Below, one piece after another: positions 16,715 to 26,169 of a stretch of DNA of 41,687 bases (position 1 is the stretch's first letter; the number at the start of each line of letters is the position of its first letter). This DNA is from an uncultured Clostridia bacterium. Its GTDB lineage: Bacteria > Bacillota > Clostridia > Christensenellales > UBA1242. Both the position numbers and the translations under genes were made by a program. The stretch spans positions 1 through 41,687 of the forward strand of contig CANDFN010000001.1 of the NCBI GenBank assembly GCA_947384015.1, written 5' to 3'. Under the pieces are notes generated by a model. It was given only the letters and a program-made list of their open reading frames with translations. It was not told the DNA's origin and made no database searches.

Positions 16715-17723
16715 TATTTTAGGTATGGGAAGGTGGGCAAGTTGTATTGCCTACATCCTAGATTGTAGCAAACATAAAATAACCATGTGGGAACGCGGAA
16801 GCGAAGGTGGAAGTGAACTATTCAAAACCCACAAAAATCAATACCTAACCTTGTCTGAAAAAACAACCTTTACTCACGATTTAAAACAAGCGGTGCAGTC
16901 TGCAGATGTTGTTGTAATTTCTATATTAAGTCAAAATTTACAAAATTTAACCGAACAACTAAAGCAGGTGGACGGTTATAACAAAAAGTGCTATTGCATA
17001 GCAATGAAAGGAATAGAAGCAACAACTGGCAGACGTTTAAGCGAAGTATTAATAGACGCAGGTATACCAAGAGATAATATTGCCGTTTGGGCTGGCCCTG
17101 GTCATGTTCAAGCACTTGCAAATGGCGGTGTTACAAACATGTTAATTAGTGCTTATAACACTAATTTTGCAAAAGATTTAGCAACTTCGTTTTCCTCTAA
17201 AAATGTTGCAATTACAGTATCTTACGATATTCTTGGCACAGAACTTTGTGCGGCTTGTAAAAATGTTTATGGTATTGCTGCTGGTGTATTACATGCAAAC
17301 GCTAAATATAATCATTGTATAGGTTCACTTATGGTAGCCTCGGTTAAAGAGTTGGCTACTTTAATAGACGCATTGGGTGGAAACCCACAATCTGCAAATG
17401 GACTTGCCTTGCTTGGAGATTATCAGGCAACAATGTTTGATGAATATAGCAAAAACTTAACCTTTGGAAAACTTATTATAGAACATAAAACTTTAGACGA
17501 ACAAACTTTAAATAAGTTTATAAAAGTATGTTCGGTAGAAGGAATAAAAACATCCGAAGCAATTTTAAAATTAAGAGATGCTTACAACCTAAAAGTAAGC
17601 GATGCACAAAAGCTAGAATTACATATTATAAGCACAGTGCATAAAATAGTTACAGGCAAGATAGCTTTAGAAAAAGCTGGCGACTCCTTATTTGAACAAA
17701 TTTGCAAAGTTTTAGAAAAATAA
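16701..17723 (+). CDS. gpsA: NAD(P)H-dependent glycerol-3-phosphate dehydrogenase (divergent)
   Basis: Start at ATG 16701 (MKKISILGMGRWAS, Rossmann GxGxxA), overlapping the lysS stop by 14 nt. GPGHVQAL and CKNVYGIAAGV match GpsA blocks. The ORF-track start at 16638 is an in-frame read-back into lysS. Confidence 0.8.
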   Translation: MKKISILGMGRWASCIAYILDCSKHKITMWERGSEGGSELFKTHKNQYLTLSEKTTFTHDLKQAVQSADVVVISILSQNLQNLTEQLKQVDGYNKKCYCIAMKGIEATTGRRLSEVLIDAGIPRDNIAVWAGPGHVQALANGGVTNMLISAYNTNFAKDLATSFSSKNVAITVSYDILGTELCAACKNVYGIAAGVLHANAKYNHCIGSLMVASVKELATLIDALGGNPQSANGLALLGDYQATMFDEYSKNLTFGKLIIEHKTLDEQTLNKFIKVCSVEGIKTSEAILKLRDAYNLKVSDAQKLELHIISTVHKIVTGKIALEKAGDSLFEQICKVLEK

Positions 17724-17752
17724 AAAAGCGCACAAATCTATGCGCTTTTTTA
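17723..17752 (+). terminator. Rho-independent terminator after gpsA
   Basis: AGCGCA-loop-TGCGCT followed by T6. Confidence 0.7.
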
Positions 17753-17857
17753 TTTTAAATTTATCATGATATTAAATTATATAACCATATTTCAATAACT
17801 ACCTATAAGTTTAGGAATACCCACTTCTTATTTAAAGTTGATTATTTAAAAACCACA

Positions 17858-19360
17858 CTATCTTTTTATAATAATTTTTTCGCCACCTTCCATAACTGGA
17901 GGAAGATTGTTGTTTAATTTTGATAATTCGTCTGGTGTTACTTTTGTGCGCTTGCACAAATCCCACATGGTTTCGTTTGGTTTTGCTATAAAAATTTGAT
18001 AATCATATCCACCAAAATCTATAGGTTTACCCAAGGTAAAATTGTTTAACAATTCTCTACTTGAAAGCTCTCTATAACAAACGCATATCTTTACATTATA
18101 ATCTAACTCTATAATTGTTCCACGTTTAGATTTTGCTCTACAGTCTGTTAATGAAATATCTGCTCTAACATAGTCTAAATTTTCCAACTTAATTTTAGTA
18201 TTAATAATAAATGGCAACTCTGTTTGCTTTTGTTTATATTCTCTGTTTTCGTCAATATATACCACTCGTGAAGAGATTATACCTTCTATTGTTAAGTTCC
18301 CGTCCTTTATGTATGTGTTAGTTATTTCTGGACAAACGTTTAAGTTGGCAACTATTTTATCTATAGCAGTTTCGTCTTCTTCAATTTCAACATCTCCAGA
18401 CACATTTTCATCCAACCTTGTGCAAATAGCGTTTTGACAGTAATCTCTTTTTGTTTTGTTTAATTCTACTTCATTTTCCACAGAATACATGTCGTCAACA
18501 ACATCAACTGTCACAGTTTTTAAACTTACGCCTTTCATAACGATGTTATGGGCCACAGTGATAGTAACTCCGTCTGCATCTGTTTCTGTTGTTATGTTTT
18601 CTTTAGATTTATCTATATTAAACAATATATCTAAAACATCTTCTTCATCCACATTTGCTTCAACCGCTGTTTTTAAAGCAAAAGTATCTGTTAACTCTTT
18701 TATTTCACTTTCATCGCCCGCAGTTTCATAAATTAATGTGCTAAAAAGTTTACCTTCTACCACAACTTTTCCCTGTTCTGCTTCCACACTTGTAGGAGAA
18801 AAAGAAGAATTATACATTAGGATTTTAGCAACCGGCTCTTTTGTTTCAAAATTTACAGAATAATCAAAAGCGGTATCAACCACGCTATCAATAGCGCATG
18901 TGTTTATTTCACTTTTCTTAACTATTAGATTTTCAAAATTGCCTGTGCCCGATGCAAGAGCAACATTCATACTCATAATTGGATTTATGCTAATTTCGCA
19001 GGATATTTTTAAACTGCCATCTCTACCCAAAATTGTGTTTGCTATGTTATAGTTATAAGCATTTATTATTGCATCGGTTGTTATACTTGTATCTGTTAAA
19101 GTTTCAGTCCATGTTTGATTATCTGTTAAAGTGTTTGTTATATTATCTGTATCTATATATAAAACTTTAACACCCAATCTGCCAGAAACAACAGCCTTTC
19201 CGCTGCCCGCTTCAACCTTAATATCGTATAAATAACTTTCGGTATCTAAAACAGTTTTAATATTAGCATTAGCATCCACATTTAATGCAACAACAGATGT
19301 CCAGCTTAGTTTATTTAAATTTTTTGTTAAACTTGTCTTCGTGGTTATATTTTCTTCCAT
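17858..19360 (-). CDS. SPOCS/DUF3794-repeat protein with a C-terminal LysM domain (SipL/SpoVID-like spore-coat morphogenesis candidate)
   Basis: 500 aa, acidic and beta-rich with repeats. C-terminal LysM-like YQIFIAKPNETMWDLCKRTKVTPDELSKLNN...GEKIIIKR. Confidence 0.65.
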   Translation of the reverse strand: MEENITTKTSLTKNLNKLSWTSVVALNVDANANIKTVLDTESYLYDIKVEAGSGKAVVSGRLGVKVLYIDTDNITNTLTDNQTWTETLTDTSITTDAIINAYNYNIANTILGRDGSLKISCEISINPIMSMNVALASGTGNFENLIVKKSEINTCAIDSVVDTAFDYSVNFETKEPVAKILMYNSSFSPTSVEAEQGKVVVEGKLFSTLIYETAGDESEIKELTDTFALKTAVEANVDEEDVLDILFNIDKSKENITTETDADGVTITVAHNIVMKGVSLKTVTVDVVDDMYSVENEVELNKTKRDYCQNAICTRLDENVSGDVEIEEDETAIDKIVANLNVCPEITNTYIKDGNLTIEGIISSRVVYIDENREYKQKQTELPFIINTKIKLENLDYVRADISLTDCRAKSKRGTIIELDYNVKICVCYRELSSRELLNNFTLGKPIDFGGYDYQIFIAKPNETMWDLCKRTKVTPDELSKLNNNLPPVMEGGEKIIIKR

Positions 19361-19656
19361 AAATCCTCCGTCTTAAATAATGTATAAGCCAAAGTGTAGA
19401 TTTATTCTTATTTTATTTTTTTATTTTAAATTTTTGTTTAAAATTAACATATTATGCACACAACTAACACTACTATATGTTGTATTTATATAAAAACAGC
19501 CTACAAATAACAATAATTTTGTTAAAAATTTTTACAAATAATTGTTAAATTTAGTAGACAAATATCATGTTAAAAATTATAATATACTAGGCAATAAAAA
19601 GCCAAAAGTTATATTATTGTTTATACAAAGCAATTACTTAATAAGAAGGAGATATT

Positions 19657-20169
19657 ATGGCAAAATCAAAACCAGTATGGATTATCTGTCCTAGATGCGA
19701 ATTAAACTATATTAAAAAATCCGCAGGCTATTGCGATGTGTGCAAAAAAGAACTAAAATTAATCGCACCAAGCGAAGATGATATTGATGACCTTGAACTA
19801 TGCCCAATTTGCAAATTAAACTTTGTTCAGAGCGACCAAGAAATATGCGACAGTTGCAGACAAGAAATGGGTATGAATGTAGATCAAGATGAACTAGATA
19901 AAGAAATTTCAGATTGGCACAAATATATTGACGATGATGATAAGGAAGACGAAGACGATGACGAGTTGGATGATTTTTCAACAACCGATGAAGACACCAC
20001 CGGGACTATAGACGACTTTGACTTTGTTGACAATATAGATAAAGATTTGGACGACGAAGATGACGACGAAGACTTTGACCCAGGTGAAGAATTTGATGAA
20101 ATTGATGAAGACGACGAAGATGATGACGATGACTTTGACGATGATTTTGATGATGACGATGACGACTAG
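19657..20169 (+). CDS. Double zinc-ribbon protein with an extremely acidic D/E tail
   Basis: 170 aa. Four CxxC pairs (CPRC, CDVC, CPIC, CDSC) in the first about 70 aa. The last about 80 aa are almost entirely D/E. AAGGAG RBS. Confidence 0.6.
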   Translation: MAKSKPVWIICPRCELNYIKKSAGYCDVCKKELKLIAPSEDDIDDLELCPICKLNFVQSDQEICDSCRQEMGMNVDQDELDKEISDWHKYIDDDDKEDEDDDELDDFSTTDEDTTGTIDDFDFVDNIDKDLDDEDDDEDFDPGEEFDEIDEDDEDDDDDFDDDFDDDDDD

Positions 20170-20177
20170 AATTTAAT

Positions 20178-20207
20178 AAAAAACACCCTAAATTGGGTGT
20201 TTTTTTA
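20178..20207. terminator. Bidirectional terminator between convergent genes
   Basis: A-run, ACACCC-TAAATT-GGGTGT, T-run. Confidence 0.7.
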
Positions 20208-20210
20208 TTA

Positions 20211-21077
20211 TTACTTTTGTTGTTTTGCCCCACAGTTGCTACATTTCTTTTTGCCATTTTCCAGCTCTGCGCCACAATACTGGCAATAGGTTGGTTTTGG
20301 GGTGTTTTCTACTTCTTTGTTGTTTGTAGAATTGTCAGAAGTATTGCTAGAAGTTCCTACATCGTTAGGATGTTCTTGAACCCTAACTTTATTAAAAAAT
20401 GCAGTAAGAACAGCAATAATCACAATTCCACCAGTTACAGAGATACATACAATTAAAGCAATGTTTGCACCTTTCTTTTGACTTAAAAAAGTTTGATATT
20501 CGCCATCTCTTTCAATAGGCATATCTCCGTAATCCATAGGCACACTATCAGTATCTCTAGTTAAAGGTAATCCGTCAACCGCAAGCAAAATTTTATCTCC
20601 AGCTCTAATATCTTTTATATCTTCAAAATCGTATACACTAAAAGTATAACCCTCAACTCTATAACCATCTTCGGTGGTAAAATAATATGTAATATACCAC
20701 TTTTTATAGGTTTCTTTATAATACTTAGTAATTACCGTTCCTTCTATTTGATAGTCTTCGTGCAGTTTAGCATAATCAACCATATCTTGATAATAAATAT
20801 AGTCTTGCTGAATAGTTCTAATAGTGCTATTAGCACCAGATTTTAATACTGCAGAAGTAAAAATTCCAAAAATTGCAAAAAACAGCAACACAACTAAAAA
20901 ACTGATAAAACGGCTAGCACCCATGCGCACAACGTATCTTGTTCTGCCAAAGTGCATAATCATAGGGCCTCTTGGACGATATCCTCCTCCACCACTGCCT
21001 CCAAAGTGAGAGCCTCCACCTCCGTGTGAACCTCCGCCATGGCTGCCGCCACCTCCTCCATGTGAACCTGATGGCAT
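20211..21077 (-). CDS. Membrane protein with an N-terminal Gly/His-rich repeat, a DUF3592-like domain between two TM helices, and a C-terminal zinc ribbon
   Basis: 288 aa. N-terminus is SHGGGGGSHGGGSHGGGGSH. Two TM segments flank a beta-rich domain. C-terminus is CQYCGAELENGKKKCSNCG. Confidence 0.5.
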   Translation of the reverse strand: MPSGSHGGGGGSHGGGSHGGGGSHFGGSGGGGYRPRGPMIMHFGRTRYVVRMGASRFISFLVVLLFFAIFGIFTSAVLKSGANSTIRTIQQDYIYYQDMVDYAKLHEDYQIEGTVITKYYKETYKKWYITYYFTTEDGYRVEGYTFSVYDFEDIKDIRAGDKILLAVDGLPLTRDTDSVPMDYGDMPIERDGEYQTFLSQKKGANIALIVCISVTGGIVIIAVLTAFFNKVRVQEHPNDVGTSSNTSDNSTNNKEVENTPKPTYCQYCGAELENGKKKCSNCGAKQQK

Positions 21078-21104
21078 AAAATCCTCCTTTCTTATATATA
21101 TTTT

Positions 21105-21488
21105 TTATTTTAAAACAAAGTTAGCATAAGCATTAAGCAACACTTTAAAATCGTCTACCTTGTCTTTACTAAAATTAATTATAAACTTTATTTCTGTTTT
21201 TGTCAAATCTTTTGTTTCGTCTACAATTAAGCCAACACTTTCTTTATCTATAATTAAGCGCCTGTTTAAATTATTTTCATCTACTATAACATTCTCGCCC
21301 TCTTTAAAATCAAATTGCCAACATGCCATTTCTGTAAAAGTTGTTGAAAAATTATATTCCCCTACTTGCACACTAACATCAAATGCAACGTGTAGTTTTA
21401 TATTATCTTCGGGGTAGTCTGCACATCTAAAATTTGTAATTTTAAAACACCCCTCTGGACTATCAATAGAAACAACATCATCAAGCAT
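21105..21488 (-). CDS. Hypothetical protein, last gene of the ABC-2 operon
   Basis: 127 aa, acidic, no motif recognised. Co-oriented 24 nt downstream of the permease. Confidence 0.4.
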   Translation of the reverse strand: MLDDVVSIDSPEGCFKITNFRCADYPEDNIKLHVAFDVSVQVGEYNFSTTFTEMACWQFDFKEGENVIVDENNLNRRLIIDKESVGLIVDETKDLTKTEIKFIINFSKDKVDDFKVLLNAYANFVLK

Positions 21489-21512
21489 TATTCATATCTC
21501 CTTTTTTAGAAA

Positions 21513-22439
21513 TTATTTTGCTAATTTACCTTTTTTTATTTTTGAAGGTTTTTTACTATGTAACATCTTACTTATTAATAAGCTTGCAATAATTACACAT
21601 GCCAAGGCAAAAACAACTCCTAGCAAAACATTTAACCAAAGCGGACTATTCATACCTAAAAGACCAACCTTTTGTGCCGAGAACATTTTTTCTTTAATAA
21701 TTAGCACAATATCCGAATTAAGCCCAAATCCTTTTAAGATATTATTTAGCACAATATTTTTTAACCAAACCGTTAAATGTGTAAAAGGCAACAAAGAACC
21801 CACAATCTTAGTTCCTTTACCCATCATGGAAAAAGGCATGTAAATGCCACATAAGAAACCAAGCAATGTCCCTAGCACACCGTTTATTACACTAATAGCA
21901 TTAGAAGATTTTACAATTGTCGTAAACATTAACATAATAGAACAACTTATAAATGTAGTTATAGCAAGCACCCCAATAACCGCCATAACTGCACCAAAGC
22001 CTATCCAAACCCCTGTTGTTACCCCAATTATTATAACAGACGCAATCCACATTAATAGGTTTAAGCCAAAACTTACAACCACAGAAGAAATTAAATAAGA
22101 GGCTAAAAATTTAATAGGTTTTATGTTTGTTAACAGAAATGCATCTGTTTTTCTATTTTCAAAATCGTTTGCTAGAAAGCTAAACATGCCTGTAGAAAGA
22201 GATACCGAGTTTACAACTAAAACTCCAACAATCATTTGCGCATAAATTGCACTATTAAGTTGTTTGCCAGAAAGCATTAATCCCTCTATCTCTCCAAACC
22301 CCTGTGCGTAAGATTTTGCTATAAACAAAAAGTATAATGCTATTAAAATAATACTAGAAAAAAAAGATAAAAATACTGTAGCTCTGCTTCTAAAAAACAA
22401 CAAACAATTTCTTTTACTTAATGCCACTACCTTGTTCAT
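21513..22439 (-). CDS. ABC-2 type transporter permease
   Basis: 308 aa with about 6 TM helices. Its start codon (22437-22439) overlaps the stop codon (22439-22441) of the upstream ATPase gene by 1 nt. Confidence 0.75.
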   Translation of the reverse strand: MNKVVALSKRNCLLFFRSRATVFLSFFSSIILIALYFLFIAKSYAQGFGEIEGLMLSGKQLNSAIYAQMIVGVLVVNSVSLSTGMFSFLANDFENRKTDAFLLTNIKPIKFLASYLISSVVVSFGLNLLMWIASVIIIGVTTGVWIGFGAVMAVIGVLAITTFISCSIMLMFTTIVKSSNAISVINGVLGTLLGFLCGIYMPFSMMGKGTKIVGSLLPFTHLTVWLKNIVLNNILKGFGLNSDIVLIIKEKMFSAQKVGLLGMNSPLWLNVLLGVVFALACVIIASLLISKMLHSKKPSKIKKGKLAK

Positions 22440-23347
22440 TAGTTTTTCCCTCCTAAAATATTTTCTCCAACCGCATTGAGGAACACGTCATCCATACTTC
22501 CTTTAATTAGTTCAAAAAATTTAATCTCTTTTTTTAGTTGATTAATAAGAGATATCTCTTTTTCCGTATCTTTTACCTTAATCTCATAATAGTCTGCCGT
22601 TTTTACCCAAACAATGCCAGCCTTATTTAAAACTTCCTCAAAGCTTTTTTCATCTTTTGGCACAATCTTCAATCTATCTGTGGAATATTTTTCTTTTAGC
22701 TCTGCGGGAGTGCCTTCTGCTATTTTACATCCATTATGTATAATAACAACCCTATCAGCATCAGCAGTTTCTTCCATGTAGTGTGTTGTTAAAAAAACTG
22801 TCATACCAGTTTTATTTCTAACTTTATTTATAACATTCCATACATCTATTCTTGTTTTTGGATCTAAGCCTGTTGTCGGCTCATCTAAAAACAAAATTTT
22901 TGGTGAATTAAATAAAGCGCGGGCAATTTCAATCCTTCGTTTTTGGCCACCAGATAAAGTTTTAAATCTTTTTTTCTCAAAACTTTTAAAATCTAACAAG
23001 TTCGCAATTTCTTCGTATCTCTCATTTACATTTTTTTTAGAATATAATTTCCCATATAATTTTAAATTTTCTTCAACTGTAAGGACATTGTCTAAAATAT
23101 TGTTTTGGAATACAACACCTATATTTTCTTTAAATTGCTCAAAGTTATCTTTTTCTGCGTAAACTATGGTTCCATTGTCTTTAAGCAGTGTTCCTATTAA
23201 CATGTTTATAGTTGTGCTTTTCCCTGCGCCATTTTGCCCTAAAAAAGCAAACAGTTCACCCGCTTTAACTTCAAAACTTAAATTGTTTACAGCTTTTAAT
23301 TCTGCAAAATTTTTACATAAACCTTTTACTTCAATTATATTATTCAT
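22439..23347 (-). CDS. ABC transporter ATP-binding protein (DrrA/ABC-2 subfamily)
   Basis: Walker A GQNGAGKST, signature LSGGQKRR, Walker B ILFLDEPTTGLD, H-loop TTHYM. Confidence 0.92.
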   Translation of the reverse strand: MNNIIEVKGLCKNFAELKAVNNLSFEVKAGELFAFLGQNGAGKSTTINMLIGTLLKDNGTIVYAEKDNFEQFKENIGVVFQNNILDNVLTVEENLKLYGKLYSKKNVNERYEEIANLLDFKSFEKKRFKTLSGGQKRRIEIARALFNSPKILFLDEPTTGLDPKTRIDVWNVINKVRNKTGMTVFLTTHYMEETADADRVVIIHNGCKIAEGTPAELKEKYSTDRLKIVPKDEKSFEEVLNKAGIVWVKTADYYEIKVKDTEKEISLINQLKKEIKFFELIKGSMDDVFLNAVGENILGGKN

Positions 23348-23446
23348 AATGTCCTTTTAATTAATACTCTTATATATCATTAATATAAGATATTATAACT
23401 CTTCTCCCCATTTAAGATTGTCTAATAAAATTATTACTTTACTTTA

Positions 23447-23746
23447 TTATTTTTTTACCAACAAATCTTTGCATGTTAATATAATAATTTCTTTGTTTTT
23501 CTCTTTATTTTCTATATCTTCTATCATAAGCATAGGCTTTGCTCCTGTATATGGAATGGACTCTAAAAGACAACACTCTTTGTTATGTTTTGTTTGTTTA
23601 ATAAGTAATCTATTATCATAAATTCCACCAAACAAACAACCTTTATAATACAATAAATATTCTCCCATCATAGACCTACTTGTAACATCTTCAAGTAAGG
23701 TCAATTGCTCTAAAACATAATCTCTAAAATCTTTTGTTGTTGCCAT
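23447..23746 (-). CDS. TfoX N-terminal domain protein
   Basis: 99 aa with FRDYVLEQL...RSMMGEYLLYYKGCLFGGIYDNRLLIK, the TfoX_N pattern. Confidence 0.7.
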   Translation of the reverse strand: MATTKDFRDYVLEQLTLLEDVTSRSMMGEYLLYYKGCLFGGIYDNRLLIKQTKHNKECCLLESIPYTGAKPMLMIEDIENKEKNKEIIILTCKDLLVKK

Positions 23747-23836
23747 AAAAATATTATAGCATAAATCTATATATTTTGTTTTAATTTTTTTTGTTTTATA
23801 AAAAAATAAAAGCCCTACTAATTTAAGGCTTTTAGT

Positions 23837-23913
23837 TGGTGCGTCCAGAGAGATTCGAACTCCCGACCTTTGGTTCCGTAGACCAACGCTCTATCCAGCT
23901 GAGCTATGAACGC
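23837..23913 (-). tRNA. tRNA-Arg (anticodon ACG), CCA encoded
   Basis: Hand-folded cloverleaf: acceptor GCGTTCA/TGGACGC, D arm GCTC/GAGC, anticodon arm TTGGT-CTACGGA-ACCAA, T arm GGGAG-TTCGAAT-CTCTC. A terminator hairpin lies at about 23809-23833. Confidence 0.92.
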
Positions 23914-24080
23914 ATAAACGCATATATGTATTTTGGTTTAGTCTTTATAAAAAGCAATTTTTTATATCAAATTTCTTCAGTTTTTATTTAAACTTTAAAA
24001 TAAGCATTATTATTATATCATAAAAAAAATAAATTGTAAACCCATTTTTTAAAGTTTACAATTATTTTATAATATTTAAT

Positions 24081-24743
24081 CTATTTCCCTTCATCTGCTG
24101 TATTATTTTTTGTTTTATTCTTTTTTATAAAATGTTTTATAATCTCTATTATTATAAACACCAAAAGCAAACCTAAGAAAATCCATATCAACCAATTATT
24201 AAGCCATGGGAAGAATTGTAATATCAATGCTATAAGCAGTCCAGCAATTACATTTCCAGTTATTACTGTTGTGCATGTTGTTAAATAATCTAAACCTAAA
24301 AACACTGCAACACAAGTTCCTGTCCACACGCCTGTAAGCGGCAGAGGGATTGCAACAAAAACAAAAACTGCTAAAACTTTTTTCCAATATGCTCGGGAAA
24401 ACTTTTTAAATTTTTCTTCTGCGCCACCAATTCCTTCAGCTTTATTTTTTATGCGCTGTTCTATTGATGTTGCCAACTTTCCAAACAGTTTTGTTTTCTT
24501 TAACCAATTAATAATAGGTATAAATATTAAGGCGATGATAGGAACCACCAAGGAACTTCCCAGCAAACTCCATCCAAAAGCTGTCCAATTATTTAAAGCT
24601 ACACTTCCCCATAATTCATGAACACCTATAGGTATTGCTCCTCTTAATTCAAAAATTGGAACCATAGAAATTAAAACAGTTGCTAACACCACATTGTTCC
24701 CAAAAATATTTACAAGTATTCCACTAATCCAATCAGTCATCAT
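24081..24743 (-). CDS. Integral membrane protein (small multidrug-export-like, COG2426 type)
   Basis: 220 aa, multi-TM, with a conserved-looking FELRGAIPIG segment near the N-terminus. Confidence 0.45.
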   Translation of the reverse strand: MMTDWISGILVNIFGNNVVLATVLISMVPIFELRGAIPIGVHELWGSVALNNWTAFGWSLLGSSLVVPIIALIFIPIINWLKKTKLFGKLATSIEQRIKNKAEGIGGAEEKFKKFSRAYWKKVLAVFVFVAIPLPLTGVWTGTCVAVFLGLDYLTTCTTVITGNVIAGLLIALILQFFPWLNNWLIWIFLGLLLVFIIIEIIKHFIKKNKTKNNTADEGK

Positions 24744-24918
24744 TTTCCTTTTATTCGTCTTTAATTAATATACTAAAAGCATATTATTTTGTCAACTTCT
24801 TGCGTCTGCTTTATTTTTATAAAATTTAATTATATATATTATTAATTTACTAATTTGTCTATAAAATTATTGCAAAAATTTTAAAAAAGTTCTATTATAA
24901 TATTAATTAGGAGTTTTT

Positions 24919-25698
24919 ATGGCTAAAATAATTTCCGTAACTAATCAAAAAGGCGGCGTTGGCAAAACAACCACCTGTGTAAATTTAGCAGCTTATCTTG
25001 CCAATGCAGGTAAAAAGGTTTTAATGATAGACATGGACCCTCAAGGCAATGCTTGCCAGAGCGTTGGTGTAGAAGTAGAAAAAAACAAAAATACAATTTA
25101 CGAAGTTTTGATTGGCGAAACTGATATAAAGTCTGTAACCTATAAATCTGTTCAAAAAGGTCTAGACGTTGTTCCTTCAACTGTAGATTTGGCTGGTGCA
25201 GAGATTGACTTAGTATATGTTGATGATAGGGAGCGCGTTCTAAAAGAGGCATTGCAAAATGTGCGCCCTGACTATGATTTCATCTTTATAGATTGCCCAC
25301 CTTCATTAGGATTATTAACCGTTAACGCCTTAACTGCTAGTGATTCTATTCTAATTCCTATTCAATGCGAATATTTTGCTTTGGTTGGCTTAGGTCAATT
25401 AATGAATACTGTTAGATTAATAAAGATGAATCCTAACCTTAACCCAAATATTGAAATAGAGGGTGTCTTGCTTACAATGAAAGAAAACAGAAGCAATCTT
25501 GTTTCTCAAGTGTCTAGCGAAATTAGAAAGTATTTTGAAACAAAAGTCTTTAATGTAACAATTCCAAGAAATATTCGTTTAGCTGAAAGTCCAAGCCATG
25601 GTTTACCAATAGTCATGTATGACCCAAAAAGTAAAGGGGCTTTAGCTTACAAAGAATTATGTGAAGAATTTTTAAAGAATCAACAGCCACAAGCTTAA
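24919..25698 (+). CDS. soj: Chromosome partitioning ATPase ParA/Soj
   Basis: 259 aa. Deviant Walker A NQKGGVGKTTT, MIDMDPQGN, and FIFIDCPPSLG. Confidence 0.93.
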   Translation: MAKIISVTNQKGGVGKTTTCVNLAAYLANAGKKVLMIDMDPQGNACQSVGVEVEKNKNTIYEVLIGETDIKSVTYKSVQKGLDVVPSTVDLAGAEIDLVYVDDRERVLKEALQNVRPDYDFIFIDCPPSLGLLTVNALTASDSILIPIQCEYFALVGLGQLMNTVRLIKMNPNLNPNIEIEGVLLTMKENRSNLVSQVSSEIRKYFETKVFNVTIPRNIRLAESPSHGLPIVMYDPKSKGALAYKELCEEFLKNQQPQA

Positions 25699-25722
25699 AC
25701 TCGGTATACTGCCGAGTTTTTT
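25697..25722 (+). terminator. Rho-independent terminator directly after parA
   Basis: AAACTCGG-TATACTG-CCGAGTTT followed by T-rich sequence. Confidence 0.65.
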
Positions 25723-25843
25723 CTTACTTATTACCCACAGTAGATTATTATTAAATTAATATTATTGCTCTTTCTCTTGTATAGAATTGTTATCACTTCT
25801 AATCTTTCATTTGTGTAATTTTATTGTCGTCTAGATATAGTAT

Positions 25844-25859
25844 TGTTCCACATGGAACA
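25844..25859. promoter_or_regulatory. parS-like site 1 (TGTTCCACATGGAACA)
   Basis: Two differences from the Firmicutes parS consensus TGTTCCACGTGAAACA. The palindrome arms extend to 25839-25864 (AGTATTGTTCCA..TGGAACAATACT). Confidence 0.75.
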
Positions 25860-26041
25860 ATACTATTTTATTTAATCACCTACAGTTAATCAAGACTTTA
25901 ACCTTTCATTTACTTATTCAACATCTGTTTTAACAGCTTGAAATCAAACAAGAATCAAAGTTCAGCTTTCAAATTTTTATATCCCTTTATTATTTTGTTA
26001 TTATATCATTACACTTAGAGCAATCATTCTACATTTAGTAT

Positions 26042-26057
26042 TGTTCCACGTGGAACA
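26042..26057. promoter_or_regulatory. parS-like site 2 (TGTTCCACGTGGAACA, perfect 16-bp palindrome)
   Basis: One difference from TGTTCCACGTGAAACA. It is preceded by the same AGTAT as site 1. Confidence 0.82.
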
Positions 26058-26140
26058 CCACTAAAAGAAATTTTGTTTCTTAAAAATCATTATATATTGT
26101 AGAAAAAATTAAAGATTTATAGTATATCGCTTTATTTTGT

Positions 26141-26169
26141 TTGACATATGCAAGCCAATAAGTTAAAAT
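26141..26169 (+). promoter_or_regulatory. Putative parB-specific promoter (TTGACA-N17-TAAAAT)
   Basis: TTGACA at 26141-26146 and TAAAAT at 26164-26169. AAGGAG RBS before ATG 26194. Confidence 0.5.

Noticed and set aside
19712-20456. ORFs 19712-19984 (-), 20006-20275 (-) and 20193-20456 (+)
   Set aside because: They are alternative-frame or antisense readings of the GAT/GAC/GAA repeat that encodes the acidic tail and of the 20211-21077 gene. The His/Arg/Leu-rich low-complexity products are mirror images of the D/E codons.
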